From contig OZ287749.1 of the NCBI GenBank assembly GCA_965649765.1, positions 66,526,001-66,590,000 of the forward strand: 64,000 nt of DNA. The letters are read 5' to 3'. The stretch comes from Bispira polyomma (Eukaryota). Shown here piece by piece: positions 1 through 12,505 of this stretch. Numbering within the stretch: position 1 is the stretch's first letter; every line of letters starts with the position of its first letter. The translations under genes were made by a program, and so were the position numbers. The notes under the pieces were generated by a model. The model did no database searches. It was given only the letters and a program-made list of their open reading frames with translations, and was not told the origin of the DNA.

Positions 1-246
1 CATATCAACCACTTCAAAATGAAGGCATTTAACCTTGTGAATTAGGACCGGGTGGTCAAACCACAACCAGTGCCACAGTCCCAGCAGCATTAGCAGTACC
101 AGCCACAACCCCAGACGCAATACCAGATGAACCCACCCACCTTTGTACCTCAACAGCAACAGCAACAACCGCAGTACATCTACCAGCAACCCCAGGAACC
201 CCAGCAAAGAGTGCCACGACCTAGTCAGCCTTCACCTGTCACGTGA
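1..246 (+). pseudogene. Decayed Q/P-rich coding remnant entering from the window edge
   Basis: Frame +1 reads HINHFKMKAFNLVN*DRVVKPQPVPQSQQH*QYQPQPQ...PSPVT*. Both internal stops are TAG, one change from CAG. Confidence 0.35.
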
Positions 247-521
247 GAAGATGCGTCACACCCCTTATGACAAGAAGCATACTGCCCTCCCCCCACCCAC
301 AAATATTTTAACACACATACAAAGGACAAAGAAAAAAATACCCCCGCCCCCCAACACACACACATAAAGAAGAAATAAATTGTAAAACTTTTAAACTTAA
401 TCCCCTAAGTAGTAATTTTGCCCAACATACACTTCAGAAGGAAAATACTTAACTTCCAAACAAATATTTTAATAAAAAATGGCAATACTAGAAACCAAAG
501 CAGAAAAGTGACAAGTTCACT

Positions 522-690
522 CCCCCTTTATAAATATGTGGAAACCCCCTAAGTAGAGCTCTTTTAAGTCAGGCCCCCTTTATCTGAAAACCCCCCTAAG
601 CAGAACTCTGTTGAGTCACGTACCCTTTATGTGAAATCCTGTTAAGTAGAACTCTGTTGAGTCAAGACCCCTTTATGTGGAACCCAGTAA
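522..690. repeat. ~45-bp degenerate tandem repeat (~3.5 copies)
   Basis: ccctttatgtg.aa.cc..taagtagaactctgttgagtca recurs. Confidence 0.75.
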
Positions 691-1019
691 GCTTTAAATT
701 TGAAATATACTTAAGTGGGGCATGTTTAAATAGAAGATTTTTTTAAGGTACCCTGGGGTTGGACTTTAAAATTATGTAGTTGAAAAAAGCAATTAAAAGC
801 AATTCACGGGGTTGTCATTATATACATATTATGTTAAGTAAGTAAGTGCTTGATTGCTTGAAGTACATAAATTAGTGATAATAGAAGAAATGAAAAGAAA
901 TCCATGAGATTGCAAAACCTCGCAAATTTACACCAATCAGCTCACGGAAAGTTTTCACTGTACAGAAAGTGTCCTCCTTTCCACCAGTGATGTCATAAGC
1001 CTTGCCTTGGAATATAATA

Positions 1020-1366
1020 AAACTATAGCCCTCACCCTGCTAGATATCTACACAAATCCCCTCTGTACATCAAATAATAACAATGTTAAACACCTTATGT
1101 ATGCTGACGACACTGAAATCAGTTTTCCTCTGAATGGTCACAAAAATCTTGGATTACTTTCTTACTGTCTCTCCTGAGTTCACATTTGAATAAATTACAC
1201 CAAATTGAAATTATATCCCAACAAATGTGAAATGGCTATGGGTTTTTTACTTCTGTTTTCGTTAATTGATTCTGTTGTTGCACTTTACAAGATGTCCTGC
1301 ATCAATAAGGCACGTTAAAATGAAAAATACAATACATATAAGACATAACAATACAATACAACAATA
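1020..1366 (+). mobile_element. Internally deleted L2-clade LINE fragment
   Basis: YTNPL...HLMYADDTEI and KLKLYPNKCE remnants, followed by the L2 3' tail with (TACAA)n. Confidence 0.75.
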
Positions 1367-2366
1367 CGTCTTATGCAAATGAGTAAGTGTTTGATTGCAA
1401 TTAGGAAAGCACATGGATTAGTGATAATAGAAAAACTTAAGATAAATCCATGTATACATCTTATTTGTTTTAACAAGCAAATGTTTTGATGGCTTGATTC
1501 AACTGCCCCTCCTCATCCGATCAGACAAAAAAAAGATAAATATCTATTTTAGAAATTTTTGTTGTGAAGGGCGCCTGGATATGTAATACATTTTTAGTGT
1601 TTGTAAAATTTCACCGGGTTGGATCGTACTGTACCAGAGCCAGTTAGCAAAGCCATTAACTCTCTGTAACCATAATACGATGATTTATTTTTATGACCAG
1701 TTTAAAGTTCTCATAAATCATTTGGTGATTGCGATTGGTTTTCTTGTTGGTTGTTTTAAGTAACTGTTATTGGTAACACTTAAATTTAGAAGCAGTGATT
1801 AAAAATAACTTAAATTTAGAAGCAGTGATTGGTAAAACATAAGGAAACTTTGAATAATGCAAATTGTATTGGTTATTATGTCTGCTTTACAACTAACAAC
1901 ACATTGAGGTCAACGTGACTAATGACACAATTGGTGATATAAAGTGAACTAAATAGACCAACTTTAATACATAAACAAACCCCACTGCACGCGTCACTTG
2001 TTGTAATTGTAACAAGGGTTATAATGACATCGGTATTAAAATAGACAGCTGTTCAGTGGTAAACAACAGCTGCTGCTTGGACAAAATAAAGTTAAGGTTC
2101 ATTGATGCTTAACTAGTCTCTCTGGATTAGAAATAGACAGATTTTTCTGTCTTTGACAATGCTTTAATTTTTACTGAGGTTACGCATAGCGAGGATAGAT
2201 TTGTTTACTATACCATATCATTGTAAATGTGAAACAGCACCTATAACAGTAAAACTATCAGTTACCCCGAGGAGCAGGCCATGATATTTACTAAATAATG
2301 AATTAATTTCAACAAATACAGCGAGATTGCGGTAAATAATTTTATTAGTTTCTAAGTTAAAATTGG

Positions 2367-2550
2367 GGACATAAGGTCACCTTAGCCCAAGGCCTGTACT
2401 TTATATTTGACAATTTGGACTTTAAGTCTAAACTTAAAAGGTAAGGTAAATAATTTTGACTATAAGTTGAAACTTATTTTTTCAACTATAAGTTGAAACT
2501 TAAAGGTTGAGTACATCATGTGCTCTGTATTATAAGGTGACCTTAGGCAC
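2367..2550. mobile_element. Short inverted-repeat MITE-like element
   Basis: Ends taaggtcacctta / taaggtgacctta with internal aagttgaaactta repeats. Confidence 0.45.
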
Positions 2551-2584
2551 AGTAATGATTTTGGTTTTGGTTTTAGTAGCCCAA

Positions 2585-3963
2585 AGCCCCATTCACACAA
2601 CCCAAACGACCCTTTAAAGAGCTGCATGCTGCGAGCTGGAAATCAAAGAAAAACGGCCGATCACTGGCGACTACCTAGGATATTTTTAAGATTTTTTGTA
2701 GCTGTCACACCTAAATTTAGTCTTTTGGGATTGGCCACTGGTCGCCTACCACTCTGGCGATGACCAGCATTTGATCCACGGCAGCTCTCCAGAGCTTGTA
2801 GCAATCATCTGAGATCTGCAGAGACGGTTGTGCAATGGTCGGCGACTTGCGAAGACCTCAGTGCGATTGTCGGCGTCTAGTCTGAGATCGTCTTGCGAAT
2901 AACAGAGACTAGTCCCCATTTGCCGCATAATGGTGGCAGTCCATCGTAGACCCCTCAAGGAGCATATTGATCTGGATATAAATACTGGTACCAATGTTAC
3001 AGCCATCAGTATGAAATGAGTTATTGAGCAGTAAACATAGTGGTTAAATAGTAGTTAGACAGTAGTTAAAATGTAGTTGCATAGAATATAATTGGCTTCA
3101 GGAATTTTTAACACAACCCCAGCCAACTCTGTTTCTTCCTGAAACATGGGTTCCTAAAACAGAAGTAGTTCCTCAGTGTTTCCCTTCTTCTTCCCCTTGC
3201 CCTTCTTTCTAATAACTTTAGGAGGCATTATTATATATTAATTAAAGTTTTAAACACTTGAAAAATCCAGTAGTAGAAATGTCCACGTACACTAAAGACT
3301 TTACTGAAATTGATTGCCAAATAGCAAAGATCACCTATTTATACCCTGTAGCACCTAACGCAGACCAGTCTTTTTTTGCTCTTTAGTAGGTCTGCGAGAG
3401 GTTTCTGATTGGTCGCTGTCCTGTAGGGGGGATTTTGAAATAATAGAAGAGCGTTCTCCAATAATTTGATTGGTCGGCGATAGGTGGTGATATGTGGTGA
3501 GACCACTCGGGGATTAGTTGCAGACCGGTTAGAGACTAAACAGAGATCAATAAATAACTTCTCGGAGATTGTTTGCACAACAGATTAGAGATTAGTCGCC
3601 ATTTGGCTGAGATCACCAATAAGACCAATAAGACCAGTTAAAGACAAACAAAAACCTGTAAAGAGTTGTGGTACGGAGGTGGCACGTTCTAAGGAACCTA
3701 CCTACCTACCTCAGATTAGTTGGAGCTAAAATAAAAACCTGCAGCAACCATCTGGATCGTAGAGAAGAATCACTTGTAATCCAGGTAACCTCTCTACAAG
3801 CGGAACCTATTCAGGATCAACAATGATCTAGCAGAACCCCCAGCAACCTTCATGGATCAAACGCAAGAAAGTTTAAAGATTACAAAAGACTTCCAGCAAC
3901 CTATCTTATTTTTCTGCTCGCAGCAGCTCTTTAAAGGGTCAGGAGGGCTGTGTGACTGGGGTT
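2585..3963. mobile_element. Non-autonomous PIF/Harbinger-like element
   Basis: ~55-bp imperfect TIRs (cccca.tcacaca.cc...gaccctttaaagagctgc). Contains a short minus-strand remnant MPPKVIRKKGKGKKKG at 3154-3228. TSD not clean. Confidence 0.7.
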
Positions 3964-4699
3964 TTACATGGCCTAGCAATACGGCCCCTTAATCTTAACA
4001 TTTACACATTATAAAGGAAGGACAATTGTGTTAACTACCTTTATGACAATCATAATACATTTTGAAACATTGATTAAGCCAGTCTCTATTGCAATATCCA
4101 TTGGTAGTTCATATATACTGATGAACCAGCCACAAGGGCTGCATGTACATTTTGATAATCCAGATATAAAAATCACGTAATCTTGTAAGGCAACACAGTC
4201 GAGCTGGTCGTGGCCCAAGCGGTTTAATGTTTGTCATCGCTGTTAACCCACCAGCCTAGAATCATAAACAACTGTCGTAAATAATGTATACAACTGACCT
4301 GGACCAAGGTGTCCAGTTCTTAATGAACTTACCTGAACGCGAACGCCCCGTAACCATGTATGGGTGTTGCCAACTTTCTGCTGCTTTAGTCCAGAAGTTG
4401 TATGTCACTGCACAAAGCCATTACTCATATTATCTAGCCAATACCTCTGAAACTATAGAAAACAACTTGAATATGGGAAGAGGAGGGCGGGTTTTTCAGT
4501 TCCCCAAGATATTTACTAAATATTGAATCAATTTTATCAATCAAATAGGATTCAAACCCACATTGGTGAGAGTAAGTGATTATGAAGCAGGCACTTTTAC
4601 CAAATGGACAACCACTGCTCGGAGAATACCTAGCAGGTGTGTCTTTAGGTTGATTTGCCCTATATCAACATTAGTTTCCCTCAGGGGCACACACTTTAT

Positions 4700-5724
4700 A
4701 CCCCTGTTCCACAATGCTGATAATAGCCCTTAAGCGTTACGATCATGCAATTGGGGCATACTCTGGGACATAATTAGAAAGGCCATAAGACTTATCTTTG
4801 ACATTCAGGCCAATCGAGGTTCTTTGGCAAGGTTTTTAAACATTTTCGCTTCACTATCCCAGCAGTGTCTTGCGTTTCCTGTGTCTCAACCTGGGTCTCC
4901 ACATCCTGCTACAGCAAACCCATCTGTGACAACTGTGTCCCTGGCATGCTTTCTTACCTAAATGTCTCCCCCAAGATGAAACTCCCTGTACCCCTCTTTC
5001 TCCAGTGTCTATATTGTGGCATTATAATATTTTATTTAATCACTCAAAGAAATAGATAAATGGATAAATGCCAATAGATGTGTACTCTCTGGAAGGTGGA
5101 ACTAAATGTGATTAAAACGACTGTCACAGCCCTTTTTATATCTTCTGGCAATTCCCCCGAAGACTCGTTGGCCAATAAGATTTTTTGCCCGAGTTATCGC
5201 TGTCACCCCTGAGTTATCTTTTGTCTCCCCTGAGCTATCTTTTCACTTGGGGCTTTTTAATGACCTATCTTTTGTCTCCCCGATTTATCTTTTTAATCAG
5301 GGCCTTTCCAATAGCCTATCTTTTAGAAAGCCCGAGTTATCCTTTCACTTGGGCCATTTCTAACTACCTATCATTGGCACATGAGTCGATAACTCGGGGA
5401 TGCGCGATGATAAGTCGGTAGGATCCCGACCAATTGTTAGAGATAAAAAAATAAGCCAGGATGAGGATATATGAATTTTCTAGCGATTTGGGTCTGATAA
5501 GGTGCCGATAGAAAAAATAAGTTGTTGGATGGAAAAATAACTCATTGGAAGGTTATGAGTGGCCCCATGTGACCATGACTTATCGGCCGATGTTTGAAAA
5601 CTTTGCTGAAGGACCCTGACTGTCCCAAATACCAAAGCTAAGTCTTACAACCTCAATGCCCTCCGTGATTATGTCCCCAAGACCCTGATCGCATAATCGT
5701 AACAGTTAGGGCTATGATCAGCAG
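4700..5724. mobile_element. MITE-like element with ~130-bp imperfect TIRs
   Basis: 4715-4843 is an inverted match to 5590-5724. Internal arrays of (cc)gagttatc and gataa motifs. Confidence 0.65.
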
Positions 5725-5761
5725 AGGCGATGAAATAGATTGTCTGTTTCTTCTGTAAAAC

Positions 5762-6045
5762 CCATCAAAAAAGCTGAATCTAGAGCATTCTCATAAGCTG
5801 TCCCTATGTTATGGAATAGCTTCCCAGCTGAGCTAAGATCACTAGAAACATTTTATGGGTTTAGGAGAAAACATAAAATCTATCTCTTTGAACTTGCTTA
5901 CCCCTGGTAATTCCCTCCATTTTCACCCCAACATCCTTTCTTACGACCTCGCTATATTTTTTGACTACAGGACTGGTTTACTGATTACGGGTGGGGCAAT
6001 TTCGAAGATGCCTTACATCAATAAAGCATGTAAAATATATAAAAA
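5762..6045 (+). mobile_element. L2-clade LINE 3' fragment
   Basis: SRAFS...PMLWNSFPAELR...FRRK remnant plus a 3' UTR matching 10630-10925. Confidence 0.8.
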
Positions 6046-6708
6046 TGCACACACAAAAGGTCACCTTAAATTATGGTAAACTGATAGCCAGCAGGCACAA
6101 TTTACATAAGGCAACCTTTAATGCCAGTATAAGGTAATTTTAGTAAGCAGATTTAGTAGAGATAGGATGTAATATGTAGTTTGGATTTTGGTCTACCTAT
6201 GTAAATCAGCTAATATTCACCAATCTTCTTCTCGCATATTCATTGTTTACTGGGTTCCTAACTTGTATATCACACAAACATTTTACTGCATCTAGGGTAC
6301 TGTCTTTCACAACAAAACTCTGTTGACTCAGATTATTGCTCTCTTCACATAGAAGTTGTTTTATGTAAAACCCCTAGTCCTCAATAAAAGTCATTACATT
6401 AAAGTAACTGAAGCAGACGAGTTGATTAAGGCTTGACATTATCTCAAACCCCCACTCATTTTTTACATTTTTGACTTGGCTTTGGGCATTTATCAACTTT
6501 GCAAATTCATGGTAAATGCAGCTATGGGTACTTAAGGTACGTTCACATGCATCCATACACCAACACAGCACACCAGTTCCGATCACCAATACCTAAACAT
6601 TATGGCTTCGGATATATTTCTTTGGAGTATTCATATGTGTACAGTATCGTAATATCTGTGTATATCAGCGCATTAAACACTCTGGCTTTCAAGTTTTCTA
6701 TTTTAGCT

Positions 6709-7040
6709 CAACTGTTAGTGTAGTGGATTATTAATCTCAGGATCCTTGACAACCCAGGATCGAATCCCAGCAGTAGCAAGCCTCCCTATAAGTTTACAGC
6801 AGAGCGAAGATATTTTTGTTGTTTACATGGTGGAGATCAATGTAAAGATCCCCCTTTCATAAACTAAGTTAGTTAGTAGAATTAATATGGTAGTAGTATA
6901 AGACCTGAGGTCAGGTCTTCTACTGTTGGTGTAGTAGAATATTAATCTCAAGATCCATGACAACCAAGAATCGAATCACAGCAGTAGGAAGCCTAATTAT
7001 AAGTTTACAGCAGAGCCAAGATATTTCTTTTGTTTACATT
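6709..7040 (+). repeat. Two tandem tRNA-like units (tRNA pseudogene or SINE heads), period ~211 bp
   Basis: A-box-like t(a/g)gtgtagt(g/a)g and B-box-like g(g/a)atcgaatc, with acceptor-like ctactg/cagtag. Two ~120-bp copies at 6709-6830 and 6920-7040. Confidence 0.6.
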
Positions 7041-7929
7041 ATGTATACCAGTACAGATTGGATATATATCAAAATCGTGCAGTGAGGACTTTTGATGGAA
7101 TGTCTGTAGGGAATTTAAATGGGCTTTCGCAAAAAATCAAGAATAACTTCAAAACCTATCTCTATTAACTGTTTTTTTTTCATAACATACATCTGCCAGT
7201 TGTGATTGGATTCTCTGATCACAAACCTTTTGCTACAATTAAACTACTCTTACTGGATCTCGATTAGTATGTACACGACATAGGATACTTGAACTCTGAT
7301 TGTGGCATTATAGAAGTTTGACAAAAACAAAACATACAAAGTACACATGTAACTTCTGGTTTGTTTTGGCTTGGCTTCTTGTTTTAATACGGAGAACAAA
7401 GGTGAAAAAACCATCAAAATTCGTTCAATACACCACAATTTCAATCCTTCACGGTTTACTTTTGTAATTGCATACTCCAGGTGCTGCTCTGCTATAAAAA
7501 GAAAGCCATAGTTTTAACGCCAAAAATAAGCCATTTAATATCTGACATACTGGTGATCAGTTATGGTACGTCGTTGTGGTGTGACGCATCCGTGTGCATG
7601 TGAACATGTCTTTAATTACGATCTTAGTTCATCAAATAACTACCTGCTACACATTACCTGATTCTGGCCATCTTGTAATCGTATACAATTACCTTTACTC
7701 ACGTTTTTTTGCATGTGTTTAGCTAATAGCTGTAATGAAACACCAAAAGATGGGTAGCATGTGTTATACCACCTTATTGGTTTCTCCTTCTAGAAAAGTG
7801 AAAAGAGTAAGTTCAGGAAATGATTCTCTACCCTTAAGTAGTGAAAATGAACAGAAGCACCTGGTTAAGTATTGTATTTGTAAATGTATTTTGGAATTTT
7901 AATGTGTCTCATCTAAAAGTGCAACAACC

Positions 7930-8100
7930 GAATCAGTTTACCAATAGAGAAGTCCCAGAACATAGCCAAGGCAGTAAGGAAGGATGTGGGGGTGTATACA
8001 GGGGGAACTAAGGGAGGTAGGCGAGTTTGAGGAGGTACGTGTTAAGCTATTTCCTCAAACTAGAAAGTGTTGAAATGCTTAATAATACTTTTAGAACCCT
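7930..8100 (-). mobile_element. Degenerate L2 3' fragment
   Basis: Reverse complement resembles the ORF end and 3' UTR at 10720-10860; also aligns with 39020-39125. Confidence 0.55.
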
Positions 8101-8740
8101 TTCACAGTAATATTATTAATGACACCTGACACTATAATCAATACAAATACAAACACAGCAAAAAACAACTATGCAATCATAATTATATAAACACTGTACT
8201 AAACTTAAGAGTTTTATATCAGTTTTGCAACTACAGAATTGTATATCAGTTTTTAAGTGATACATGATGTAGTGGCCTACATGACTTTAAACATGGCTAC
8301 TTAGAACTAATAGGGTCAATTGGAAAACCTTAAAAAACACCAAAAGGGCCTGGAAGTTTACATCATATTTTTATTTTTATTTCAACAACAGTTTGCTCTA
8401 CCCACCTGTTCGGATTTACTTTATACGCAATAAACCATAAATAAACATGAAGCTGTGTTACGTAAAACCTCACATCTGTCCGTCCAACCACAAAAGGGGA
8501 GATAAGCACCCTAAAAGACTCATATGTCCTATGGAGTTTGTTTCACAACATTCGATATTTTATGTAGTCTCTCTATACAGTTATGAACATTTTACATATT
8601 TATATTAAACACACTCGTGGACATTCCACAAAAATATCGGCTTTCCACAAATTTGTGGAATCTTGTGGAAACACACCTATACATGTTTGCATAAACATCT
8701 GGACATTCTGTGACCATGAAACAGGAAAAATATATTGACT

Positions 8741-8955
8741 TGTGACCTTGAAGATATTTACCAAATATTGACCTGTGACCTTAGAGACATCAAACACATA
8801 TTGACCTATTACCTTAAAACAGGTAACACACATTGCTCTGTGACCTTCGTGACCTTGAAGATATTTACCAGATATTGACCTGTGCTCTTAGAGACATCAA
8901 ACACATATTGACCTATTACCTTAAAACAGGTAACACACATTGCTCTGTGACCTTC
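8741..8955. repeat. ~109-bp tandem duplication, TGACCT-rich
   Basis: gtgaccttgaagatatttacca...cacattgctctgtgaccttc occurs twice. Confidence 0.85.
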
Positions 8956-10483
8956 AAGTCAAAGACCTGTGACAAATCGTAGCATTAAATGTTGTGTAAT
9001 AGCAAAACTGTTCCAATTCTGTGCCATGACAATTCTTTACAGGGACAATGTGAAAACAGTCACTTTATTTATTTTATCTTTGTCTTTGAAGTCACTGCCC
9101 TGTTGCTTTGATGGGGTGCCAATGTCTTCATAGTCTTCTATTGTCGCCAAACTAATTGAAGTAGGTGTCAGTGAGGAGACAAGCAGGAGTCATGAAAAAA
9201 GTGACAATGTCATACAAAAATTGTATTAATGTCTCACAGTAGTCTTATCACTGTCGTGAGACAATCACAAATTGCTGTTGCCATTTGTTGTACTGTTGTC
9301 CTATCATTGTCTCAATACTGGCTCACTGTGGCCTCATGTCTGTTGTATCTATATGTCCTTGGTGTCATCATACTGCCTGAACAAGGTCGCTTTTGTGGGG
9401 TCAGATTTTTTTACATAAACAATGGATGCAATCCTCGACAATGCAACACTGGCTTAAGTTAGTAAATAATTCTGTGTATCTCTAAAATAGTGTTATTACA
9501 TTTGTATTCATAGCACACTCCATGTTCAGTTGAAACTTTAGCTAATCAAATACAATAATAGACTACAATAGACATACAAAGACTCGCAAATTAGCTTAAA
9601 TTTCAATGTTGTTGTTGAGTTTTCCTTATTAATATATCATGATCTGTTTTATGGTATTAGCATGTCTGATATATTAGACACTTCCTGTTGACTAAGAAGC
9701 ATACAGTGAAAATACTAGCATGTAACAATATTAGCTACTGACATTGTCTAATATATTCTATGCGGGTGATTTTTGTTTTTGTTTTGTTATTTTCTTTTAA
9801 CAACACTTCCAACAGTTTGATATTGTAGGTGAGGACAGTTAACTGGTGGAAGAAGTTGTCAGTAGACTTGCTGAAGTTTGGTGGTTTGAAATGCAGAAAA
9901 TTACCCTGTGTTCCTTCATCCACAAAGTGCCCATAACACGTGTTATAATTGTAAAAGCTGTTGTTAAACTAAAGATAAATCTAAATAAAACCAACATCAC
10001 CATTAAAGCTGGCGATAAATGTCCTCTGAAAAAACAGTTGACATGTTGTACTGTTCTTTAGTACAGAGTTTATGAAATATAAAATAATAAATGACTATTT
10101 TAAAATACACATTATTGTTGTACACTATTTGAAATTTAGATTACAAATATTTGATTTGGATTTGTACTGATCAGATTTATTGAGATGGTACTTACATCCT
10201 ACCAATAAAGAAAGTATGATCTGATGCTAATACAGACCCAGCATAATAATTTGATTTAATACCTAGTTATCGTTTACATGAATTGCCACTATGAATGGAT
10301 CACATATTTCTGCGTGATGGTTGGTTGCGCTACTTGATGATTATTCTTGAAATGTTTCAGAAATGTGAAGATAAAAAAATGTTGTTCCATGTTATTGACA
10401 TTTTACTGTCAGAATGTAACAATATAACATCTCTCGTATGTTTATCAAATAGGTATATTTAGATAAATAATCAGTATGACTTT

Positions 10484-10925
10484 ACTGGCTTCCTATTCAA
10501 TATCAATCCTGTTTAAAATGAATGTAACCATCTTTAAAGCTGTCGTCTCTCAACAGCCTCACTATCTCGCTACTAAGCTCTCCTTCAGCAGCCTTAAAAG
10601 GGCAAAAAGACTCTCTGTTTCCTCTAAAAACCCACCAAGAAGGTTGGATCTAGAGCCTTCTCGGTCGCCACCCCTATGTTATGGAACAGTCTTCCAGTTG
10701 AACTCAGACTGCTTGATACACTTTCTGGTTTTAGGAAAAGGCTTAAAACCTATCTCTTCAGACTCGCCTATCCGCTGTAGTCCTTCTCCTGGGCGCTGAT
10801 GCATCCATCCTTACGACCTGGCTATGTTTTTTCATTTTTCTATTGGCAGATTGATTCTGATGTTGCGCCTTAGAAGATGCCTAGCATCAATAAGGGGCGT
10901 TAAAAATGTACAATACAATACAATT
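10484..10925 (+). mobile_element. L2-clade LINE 3' end
   Basis: KKVGSRAFSVATPMLWNSLPVELRLLDTLSGFRKRLKTYLFRLAYPL*, then a stem-loop tail and (TACAA)n. Confidence 0.9.
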
Positions 10926-11887
10926 AAATCTATAATGCATATATTATCAGAATAATAGATCATTCTGATCACTCTTTCATCTGTAATGCATCTTATTTTA
11001 CTGCGAATATGCCTTCTGTTATCATACTCTTTTAGTGCATGTATATGTTTTACCGTAAGATGTAATTGAATTATGGTCGTCTTAGTAAAGACATAGTGGT
11101 ATAGTAACCTTAACTTACGTGGCATAAATTGTATGTTAAATTAATAAACTTCTACTTACCTCAACTGGAGGTTAGCTTGGTTATACTGCTACACTGGTAA
11201 CCTTAACTTTATTATAGATTTTTTTCCCAAACTGTCTTATATGTCTTGAGGGCACCTTAACTTACCTATGTTGATTTCTCACTTGTACCCATTAATTGTG
11301 CACTTTGTGGGTATCAGCACAACAGACTTTGTTTGGTTGGATCTGTGGGGCTCTTTGCAGTTCATTTCTTTAGAGACTTCTCTGATATCTACTTAGAACT
11401 TCTTTGAAGACTCACCACTTTACCTTGATAATAATTGGGACAATAACCTACTCTCTCTATATATATGTATACATATAGAAATCTTCAGATGTGTTTCCAA
11501 GGTGTCATAGATTTAATGAGCTACATCTTTACCTTGAATCTTAAAATACACATAATTGGTATTCATTGCTGTATAAAAAGCCACTTTTGCAAAAGCTAAT
11601 TGTGCCTGGAGCAGAAAATACTTCTAATAAACTTAATGAAGTGATTGGGGCAGAAAAAAAACACAAGTCATAAAAAAATGAGTTACTATTTTCTTAGTAG
11701 TCACTAGCCAACAAAAGATACGCACTATTTTATCATGGACTGGGTAAACTAACATTTTATGGTAAAACAAGTGATAACTTGAGTCAAGATAAGTGATAAC
11801 TTCTTCTACGTTAAATACATTTTTTACACCTAACTTTATTGTTCTTTCACCTTTAATTTGAATGTGTAACTCCTATAAGAGCCTTAA

Positions 11888-12505
11888 TACCTAGGTCTCA
11901 TTTACACGAATGACCGTTACGAACAAACCTCGAATGTCTTCATATCGATCAGTGACTATACATTTCAACTTTGTTTGTGTATTAGAAGTTCTACATTGAA
12001 ATCCGTGAACATTAGTCGCGCCATCACAAAAATTTGAAATGTTCAAAACTTTCGTGGGCAAATGCTCATTTGTGAGTGTTTTGTGGGGGGGAGGGGGAGT
12101 GGGGGGGGGGGCGATGTAGAGAGGATGGATGGGTATATGTCTTGATTAGTTTTGGAACGTTTCTCGTCAGTAGCAGGTTGTGTTGGCTTATTTTGGCTCG
12201 TTTTGCATTAGTATAAGTAGCAGTCAATGACCATTTGTTTGTATCAGTGATGTATTATTGAGTATTTGTTATTGTTCGTTATGTCTTTGTTTCTCATTAG
12301 TGACTGTAAGTGGAGGTACATGTCACTTTGCTGCAGGTCCATCACAGTTTTGTTTTACATTGTTTCAAAAACACACTTAAACTTAATTGCCGATTGGGGG
12401 GCTCGAGAGTATTTTGGGTGATCTATTCGTAGACAAAAGTCCACAACCAGGATTTGCTAGATGCAACGAATACTAATAAAGGTCCTTCTGAATGAGACCG
12501 AGCCT
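11888..12505. mobile_element. Harbinger-like MITE, degenerate
   Basis: Ends ggtctcatt / aatgagacc; internal aaaatttgaaatgttcaaaa palindrome-like motif. Confidence 0.5.

Noticed and set aside
12084-12112. G/C homopolymer runs (also ~23820, 27810, 31926, 60470, 60517) as G-quadruplex elements
   Set aside because: Simple homopolymers with no conserved context and of unreliable length.
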